This document shows positions 58,049 to 64,000 of a DNA stretch of 64,000 bases, piece by piece (positions within the stretch are counted from its first letter, which is position 1; every line of letters begins with the position of its first letter). The position numbers and the translations under genes are program-made. Source of the DNA: Promethearchaeota archaeon (GTDB lineage: Archaea > Asgardarchaeota > Lokiarchaeia > Sigyniarchaeales > SOKP01); assembly GCA_048937405.1 (NCBI GenBank), contig JBHLNF010000001.1, forward strand, positions 64,001 to 128,000. Reading direction: 5' to 3'. Under the pieces are notes generated by a model. The model had not been told where the DNA came from, did no database searches, and was given only the letters and a program-made list of their open reading frames with translations.

Positions 58049-58167
58049 ATTCAAATTTAATAAAAATATTAAGACAATTAATAATAAAAAAAGTACAAAA
58101 AAATAAAAGCTCATAAAAAATAAAATAATAAATTATTTTAAAAATAAAAAGCATAGGTTAGGATATA

Positions 58168-58545
58168 ATGGCTAAAAAGAAAAAGAAACAACCAGAACCA
58201 GAAATAAATATAAAACAAAGGTTTGATAATGTAAAAATTCTAGCTGAAACCAATCGATCCAAAGAAGCAATTGCCTATATTTATCTTGTATATGATGATA
58301 TTATCAACATCAAGTTTAAGAAACCAAGATTAGCTCATCAAACAATTCGTGAATATGCAATTGCTTGTGTTAATGAATTAGAAAAAAGATTAAAACCAGA
58401 ATCTATCTATCCATTTATTAAAAAAATAGAGGATATTATCTATGGTGGAGTGGAACCAACGAATAAGGAATTGAATTTTACTATAGATCTATTCTCTAAT
58501 ATATACAATGAAATAACTGGAAAATCTTTTACTTTCAAATTATAG
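58168..58545 (+). CDS. Stand-alone DUF4129-like protein
   Basis: QTIREYA..IYPFIKKIEDIIYG; paralogous to the C-terminus of the previous gene. Confidence 0.75.
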   Translation: MAKKKKKQPEPEINIKQRFDNVKILAETNRSKEAIAYIYLVYDDIINIKFKKPRLAHQTIREYAIACVNELEKRLKPESIYPFIKKIEDIIYGGVEPTNKELNFTIDLFSNIYNEITGKSFTFKL

Positions 58546-58600
58546 AATTTAGCATTTAAAATATTTTTTAATATTAAAAAAGATTCAAAAGTAAATTACA

Positions 58601-60340
58601 ATGGTAAAACCTGGAAAAGCTACTCAGAAAAGTCTAAATACGTCTAAAGGGATAGTATTAGTATTTTTAACAATTTATTTCATAGTTTTTGGAATACTTA
58701 TCAGTGATTTTATCGATAAATTTAAACAAATAAAACCAGAAGAGTTGCCTGTTTTTGTAAGTTATATCCCCCTTTTAAGTTATTTAGGTGCTATTTTTAG
58801 TAGTATTACTTTTCTTATATTTTTAAGAAAAACAACCTCTCAGAAAATGCGACAATCCCAATCCCGTAAGAAAATCAAGGCTGGGTCGATTTATAAACAA
58901 GGCTTATTCGTAATCATTGTTATCCTTGTCTTTATTCCATTATTTTCCTCTGCGATTGATAAAGGAATAAATAATCAGAACTTTTCAGTTTATAATGATG
59001 ATTGGAATGGGGCTTCAAAATTCAAAACCGTGATAGAAAATGAAGGATATGAAGTAATGACAGTGCAATCTAGCCTGAGTGCAACTGAAAGACTTAATAA
59101 ATCAATCTTACTAATCCTATTAGGTCCAAATCAATTTTATGACCCTATTTTTGAAGTACCATATTTTATAAAGTTTTTTAATGGATCAAATTCACTTTTA
59201 ATATGCCATGATCATGGTTCTACAAGCACTTTATTATGGGAAATCTTTGTAGCAGGAGGACTTAAAGGACACCAGTTCCCTCTAACAATTTTTGCTAATG
59301 GGATCTTGAGAGATAATGAATCCTATTATAAAACTTCAGAATTTCCTGTTATCAAAGATTTTGCTGCTCATCAAACAACTACCGATGTGGATGAAGTAAT
59401 TCTTTCAAAAGCATCATGTGCCATAGGTGGACCTTTTGTTGAGTATTTTGGATGGACACAAATTGGAAGTTCTTCAGAATATAGTTTTATTGATAAAGAT
59501 GGTAATAAAAGATATAATTCCCCTGAAGATGATCTCAATCTTGGTTTTATGAGTATTTTAGAAGATAGCCAAGGTTTTTCGATCCCTACAACTATTCATC
59601 TCACACGCGAGCAAAGTGTATTTCTAGCTTATGATGGTGGCACACAGCGAACATTTGCATGTGCGGATGCAAGTTTATTTAATAATCAATTAATTGATTG
59701 GCCTGGATATGATAATTTACAATTTGGAATAAATATTATTGAGTGGTTGACCTATGCAAATGAGGGAAGACCTAAAGATGAGTGGGTAGTAGTATTTGAT
59801 GAAGCTCATATAAGACCAGAATATTCAAGAGATCTTACATCTGCAGGAATATTTGGTTATGTCATGCAGTACATTGTTCACCTCTCTACAAATCCTATCA
59901 CTGCGTGGATCTATCCTCTTTTAGCATTTTATACATTAAGAAAATATCTCCCGAAAAAAGATAAAAAGAAGGAGGAGGAAAAAATAGCTGAAGAAGAAGA
60001 AAAGAAAGAAGAAATGGCTAGATTTCGAACTTCTTCGTTCTTTGCTCAAAAAATTGATGAATATAAAGATAAGATGAAATATAGTGATGCTTTAAAATTA
60101 TTATATAGAAGATTAGAAAGAAAATTAAATACTCAATTAGGAGGGAGAAAAATTAATTCTGAAAATGTAATTAATTTAGTAACAGCAAAAGATCCTTCCA
60201 CAACCAAATTAAAAATTAGAAGATTAACTAGATTTATGGATAGGATATTATCAATTAAAGAAGGTAAATATAAAGTTAAAACTGAACAAGATTTCGAAGA
60301 AATATTTTTCGAGATGAGTTGGGCAGTTAATAATATTTAA
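58601..60340 (+). CDS. DUF4350-like membrane protein
   Basis: FSVYNDDWNGASKF, LILLGP, ADASLFNNQLI..DNLQF, VVFDEAH; TM segments at both ends. Confidence 0.75.
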   Translation: MVKPGKATQKSLNTSKGIVLVFLTIYFIVFGILISDFIDKFKQIKPEELPVFVSYIPLLSYLGAIFSSITFLIFLRKTTSQKMRQSQSRKKIKAGSIYKQGLFVIIVILVFIPLFSSAIDKGINNQNFSVYNDDWNGASKFKTVIENEGYEVMTVQSSLSATERLNKSILLILLGPNQFYDPIFEVPYFIKFFNGSNSLLICHDHGSTSTLLWEIFVAGGLKGHQFPLTIFANGILRDNESYYKTSEFPVIKDFAAHQTTTDVDEVILSKASCAIGGPFVEYFGWTQIGSSSEYSFIDKDGNKRYNSPEDDLNLGFMSILEDSQGFSIPTTIHLTREQSVFLAYDGGTQRTFACADASLFNNQLIDWPGYDNLQFGINIIEWLTYANEGRPKDEWVVVFDEAHIRPEYSRDLTSAGIFGYVMQYIVHLSTNPITAWIYPLLAFYTLRKYLPKKDKKKEEEKIAEEEEKKEEMARFRTSSFFAQKIDEYKDKMKYSDALKLLYRRLERKLNTQLGGRKINSENVINLVTAKDPSTTKLKIRRLTRFMDRILSIKEGKYKVKTEQDFEEIFFEMSWAVNNI

Positions 60341-60402
60341 TCAAATTACAATAACTAAATATATAATACACAAATTAAAAAAAATAAAGAGGTTTAAAAT
60401 AA

Positions 60403-61383
60403 ATGGAAACTCCTGACAAAGCAAAATATTATGACCATGAAGAGATTGATGTAACACCAATAAGAGAAATTGCTCAAGAAGTTTTAAGTGAAGTAAGTCG
60501 AGTGATAGTAGGATATGGGGAGATTCTACAACAACTTTTCATTGCACTACTAGTGAATGGGCATGTCCTTTTAGAAGGAGTCCCAGGGCTTGGAAAAACC
60601 GTTATGGCTAAAACATTTGCTAATACTCTTGGAATATCGTTTCGTAGAGTGCAATTCACCCCTGATCTTCTTCCCGCAGATATCACTGGAACAAAAATAT
60701 TTGATCAAAATGAGGGTGCCTTTGTGCTTCAAAAGGGACCTCTCTTTGCAAACACAGTCTTAGCTGATGAAATAAATCGAAGTGCTCCTAAAACTCAAGC
60801 AGCTTTGCTAGAAGCAATGGCTGAACGTCAAATTACAATTGAAGGTCAAACATTACCACTTGAAAAGCCTTTTATTGTAATAGCAACTGAAAATCCTGTA
60901 GAAATGGAAGGCACATACCCATTACCAGAAGCACAGGTTGATAGATTTCTTTTTAAATTATGGTTAGATTATCCTGAACAAGATGAAGAAGTTGAGATAT
61001 TAAGAAGACAAATTTCAGGTGATTCACCTTCTGTCGAGGCTATAACAAATGGGGAAGAAATTCTAGCAGCTCAAAAAATAATGAATTTAGTGTATATAGA
61101 TGATAGAATCCTTAAATATATTCGAGATCTCATTATAAAGACTCGAAATCATCCCCAAATAGCATTAGGATGCGGACCAAGAGCAAGTTTAACACTTATG
61201 AAATGTTCTAAAGCCCGTGCAGCGATATTAGGTCGTTCATATGTAACTCCGGATGATGTTCGAGCTTTAGTTGTTCCCGCATTAAATCATAGAGTTCTTT
61301 TAAAACCTGAAGCAGAGTTAGAAGGGCTTGATACTGTGAGTGTTCTTAAATCAATTACAGAGGAAATTCCCATCCCAATCTAA
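60403..61383 (+). CDS. moxR: MoxR-proper AAA+ ATPase
   Basis: GHVLLEGVPGLGKT, RVQFTPDLLPADITG, LADEINR, LLEAMAERQIT, EGTYPLPEAQVDRF. Confidence 0.96.
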   Translation: METPDKAKYYDHEEIDVTPIREIAQEVLSEVSRVIVGYGEILQQLFIALLVNGHVLLEGVPGLGKTVMAKTFANTLGISFRRVQFTPDLLPADITGTKIFDQNEGAFVLQKGPLFANTVLADEINRSAPKTQAALLEAMAERQITIEGQTLPLEKPFIVIATENPVEMEGTYPLPEAQVDRFLFKLWLDYPEQDEEVEILRRQISGDSPSVEAITNGEEILAAQKIMNLVYIDDRILKYIRDLIIKTRNHPQIALGCGPRASLTLMKCSKARAAILGRSYVTPDDVRALVVPALNHRVLLKPEAELEGLDTVSVLKSITEEIPIPI

Positions 61384-61461
61384 AACATTTTTTTTTATCT
61401 TTTATGATCATAAAATTTTAAATGAATTAATAGAAAAAAAAGGAAAAAATGGTGGAGACCA

Positions 61462-62790
61462 ATTTTAGGTGGTAAAGGTAGGACTTTAATCTTATTTGCT
61501 GTTTTTTTTCTTACAGCAGGTTTTGCATTTGTAAATTATTTTTTAATTTACTTCGCAATTTTACTTCTATTTAGTACTATCATTAGTCTACCTTTATTCT
61601 ACTATAAAATGAATGTAGAGGAATTAAAAGTACATAGAGAACTCGAAAAGGAAAAAGTATTCAAGGATGATTTTGTTCATATTAAAGTAGTAGTTGAAAA
61701 TACTGGACGAAATAGTTTTGATTTTATTGAAATAAGAGATAATTATAATCCCCAACTTTTTCGATTGATATTGGGTGAAAATTTTATATCTACTAGAATT
61801 GGACCTAAAGCAATTATAAAATTTTCTTATGTTCTTGAGCCAAGGGTTAGGGGTGAATATGCTATTGGACCATTGTCAATAATAGTAAAAGATAGATTAG
61901 GTTTTAATTCAGTTGAAAGGATTGTACCAGATAGCGTTACAGATATTCTTATATATCCTCCTTATGAAGATATTAAAAGAATTGAAATTTTAGGGTCAAA
62001 GCGCTCTCTACAATTAAATTATGGAGTACAAAGATCGAAGCAAAAAGGTCTTGGTTCAGAATTTTATGGAATGAGAAAATACGTTTTTGGTGATCAATTT
62101 AGATTAATAGATTGGAAAGCTAGTGCACGGGCTCAAACGTTAATAGTTAAAGAGTTTGAAACCGAAAGAGATGTAACAGTAATGATTTTGGTTGATTCAT
62201 CAGATACTATGGCGGGTGGAGCGATTGAAAACACAAAGTTTGAATATGCTATTAGAGCTTGTATGTTATTAACTAAAGTCGCTTTAACTAGAAGAGATAA
62301 TGTTGGTGTATTTACTTTTTCAGATAAAAAAAATCTGAATTTCTTAAAACCAAATAGTGGAGAAGAACACTTCTATCAAGTTTTAGATTTTGTTGCTCGA
62401 ATAAAACCACAAGGAAAATGCAAAATGATTGAAGCAATGGATCATTTCATTAAACGGTTTCAAAAGCGTAGTTTAATCTTTTTTATATCTGATTTGGAGG
62501 CAAATCCTAAAGATATTTCACAAGCTATTAAAAAATTAGTTCCCTTCAATCATACTATCATTGTTATCAATCCATTCAGTCCTTGGTTTGAGATTCATGA
62601 AATTGATCTATCATCAACGGATAAAGCTTTAGCAGAAGCCATTAGTGAGGAAATGCTTGAACATATTCTAACTATTAAACAAGATCTCCGTAATCTGGGA
62701 ATAAGTATAATAACTTGTGGACCTGATGATATGATGAATCAAGTATTAAGCAATTACATGGAAGCAAAAAAGAAAGGGAGGGCTTATTAA
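61462..62790 (+). CDS. DUF58 domain protein (track ATG at 61609; probable ATT start at 61462)
   Basis: EFYGMRKYVFGD..IDWKASAR..VKEFE, LVDSSDTM, FISDLE. The frame is open upstream through two TM helices (LGGKGRTLILFAVFF...) typical of the DUF58 N-terminus. Confidence 0.9.
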   Translation: MLGGKGRTLILFAVFFLTAGFAFVNYFLIYFAILLLFSTIISLPLFYYKMNVEELKVHRELEKEKVFKDDFVHIKVVVENTGRNSFDFIEIRDNYNPQLFRLILGENFISTRIGPKAIIKFSYVLEPRVRGEYAIGPLSIIVKDRLGFNSVERIVPDSVTDILIYPPYEDIKRIEILGSKRSLQLNYGVQRSKQKGLGSEFYGMRKYVFGDQFRLIDWKASARAQTLIVKEFETERDVTVMILVDSSDTMAGGAIENTKFEYAIRACMLLTKVALTRRDNVGVFTFSDKKNLNFLKPNSGEEHFYQVLDFVARIKPQGKCKMIEAMDHFIKRFQKRSLIFFISDLEANPKDISQAIKKLVPFNHTIIVINPFSPWFEIHEIDLSSTDKALAEAISEEMLEHILTIKQDLRNLGISIITCGPDDMMNQVLSNYMEAKKKGRAY

Positions 62791-62793
62791 AAA

Positions 62794-64000
62794 ATGGCAC
62801 GTACATACTTATTGGCTTTAAAAATTATTAATTTGGTATTATATTCTTTATTATGTTTTCTTTTTTTAGCATCAATTTTTCATTTTGATATAGTAATTGT
62901 TACAGCTAAGGATGAACTCGTAATACTGGCTTTTTTTAAGGCTTTAAAAAATGTTTTTTCATATGTAATCTATGGGATTAGTTTAGTTATTGCATGGGGT
63001 TGTGCATATTTGATAGCAAGTTTTGGTCAAAATTTTTATATGTTTGCTTTTGTTAGAAATTTTTTTGAGGAATACCTGAGTAAATGGTTTTCAATACCTC
63101 AACCCGAATTATCTAAAATTCCCGGTTTAATTCTTGGTGAGTTTGAAGTGCTTTTAACAGATCTTTATTTGTTCATTTTTCAAATATTATTAGTCGTTTC
63201 CATTATATACGCGATTAGAGCTTTTTATAAAAATGATCCAAAACATTCTCTTATTGCAATTGGGGGTTTAATGCTCATGGTTATTGTTCCTCTTATGATA
63301 TCAGGATTAAGAGATATGTTGGATTTAATTAACCTTCATTATGAATATTTGGATACAATGGCTGATCCCATTGATCCAATTGTAAATCAAATACCTATTA
63401 ATAATTTTTTCGCATTTTTGGCAAATCCTATTATCTTATTTGCAATATTAGCCTATATTTATTTAGAATTAGCTTTCCAAATTAATTATACTGATACTGT
63501 AACTAAACCTTCTATAGAAAGAAGTGAACGATTAGAAGCTCAATTGAATATTCTTGCAAGAGAATCACACTATGTTAATGCAAATATCGATAAAATAAAA
63601 CAAGAAGCCAAAGAGAAATTGAAAGAGATTGAAACAGAACAGAAAGAGGGTTTAGCTCTCGGAAAATTCTTTGCAAAAACAGGTAAGCGATTCTCATATG
63701 TAAAAGAAATGATAGAAAAGAAAAAGTTAGAGGAAGAAGAAAAAAAACTAGTAACCGCAGCATCGAAAACAAGAAGACTTGGGAGATATATACAACGTCT
63801 TTTCCGAGAAGATTCAGAAGCCAGGGATACGTTAACTGCTAGTACATCAGCCCCTCAAGCTCGAAAGTTAGCAGTTTCTACACTAATTAATTTTACATAC
63901 CGTGTAGGTTTACTTTTAATTATAAGTTATATAATTATTCATCCACGTTGGTTTATTGAGAACATATTAAATTTACCTCCTGCTATTACTGAAAGTGTAG
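62794..64000 (+). CDS. Multi-pass membrane protein with cytoplasmic coiled coil (partial, runs off window)
   Basis: ATG at 62794, 3 bp after the DUF58 stop; MARTYLLALKIINLVLYSLL... open to the window end; charged coil KIKQEAKEKLKEIE. Confidence 0.75.
   Translation, partial: MARTYLLALKIINLVLYSLLCFLFLASIFHFDIVIVTAKDELVILAFFKALKNVFSYVIYGISLVIAWGCAYLIASFGQNFYMFAFVRNFFEEYLSKWFSIPQPELSKIPGLILGEFEVLLTDLYLFIFQILLVVSIIYAIRAFYKNDPKHSLIAIGGLMLMVIVPLMISGLRDMLDLINLHYEYLDTMADPIDPIVNQIPINNFFAFLANPIILFAILAYIYLELAFQINYTDTVTKPSIERSERLEAQLNILARESHYVNANIDKIKQEAKEKLKEIETEQKEGLALGKFFAKTGKRFSYVKEMIEKKKLEEEEKKLVTAASKTRRLGRYIQRLFREDSEARDTLTASTSAPQARKLAVSTLINFTYRVGLLLIISYIIIHPRWFIENILNLPPAITESV

Noticed and set aside
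826-63772. Many short antisense or overlapping track ORFs (e.g. 826..1032, 15945..16307, 20108..20455, 35533..35928, 50750..51028, 63575..63772)
   Set aside because: They lie opposite or within well-supported genes and have no independent motifs.

Overview
AT-rich archaeal chromosomal window, most likely an Asgard archaeon (Lokiarchaeia-like). This is inferred from a Rab-like small GTPase, a longin-like protein, GINS23, MCM, Topo VI, multiple TFBs and an intron-containing tRNA. Left to right: (1) 0-5.2 kb, the edge of a Tad/Flp-type pilus cluster (partial TadC/T2SSF-like gene, class III signal-peptide pilin, short A24 prepilin peptidase) co-oriented with one TFB and back-to-back with a second, divergent TFB; (2) 5.6-14.4 kb, an accessory, decaying region with an EndoQ pseudogene killed by a 32-bp micro-inversion, a radical-SAM remnant, an Sm/Lsm gene with one internal stop, a PD-(D/E)xK-like ORF and a wHTH regulator; (3) scpA-scpB, a bacterial-type valS, tRNA-Ala(CGC) with a BHB intron at 25/26, and an orphan DpnA-like methyltransferase; (4) a MoxR-vWA-SWIM triad whose vWA protein begins with an orphan AAA+ lid domain; (5) intact endoQ, a fused amino-acid plus peptide solute-binding protein, and coaBC; (6) top6B (double-sized, with the same SAP/HeH-like motif as ScpA), top6A, pyrE, gins23, a TM-HEAT protein, mcm, the GTPase, an HDAC and a polyproline coiled-coil protein; (7) 51.9-64 kb, a MoxR/DUF58/DUF4350/DUF4129 surface operon led by a catalytically dead transglutaminase-Ig protein. 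No CRISPR array, rRNA, transposase or integrase was recognised. All family calls come from motif recognition by eye; no searches were run.
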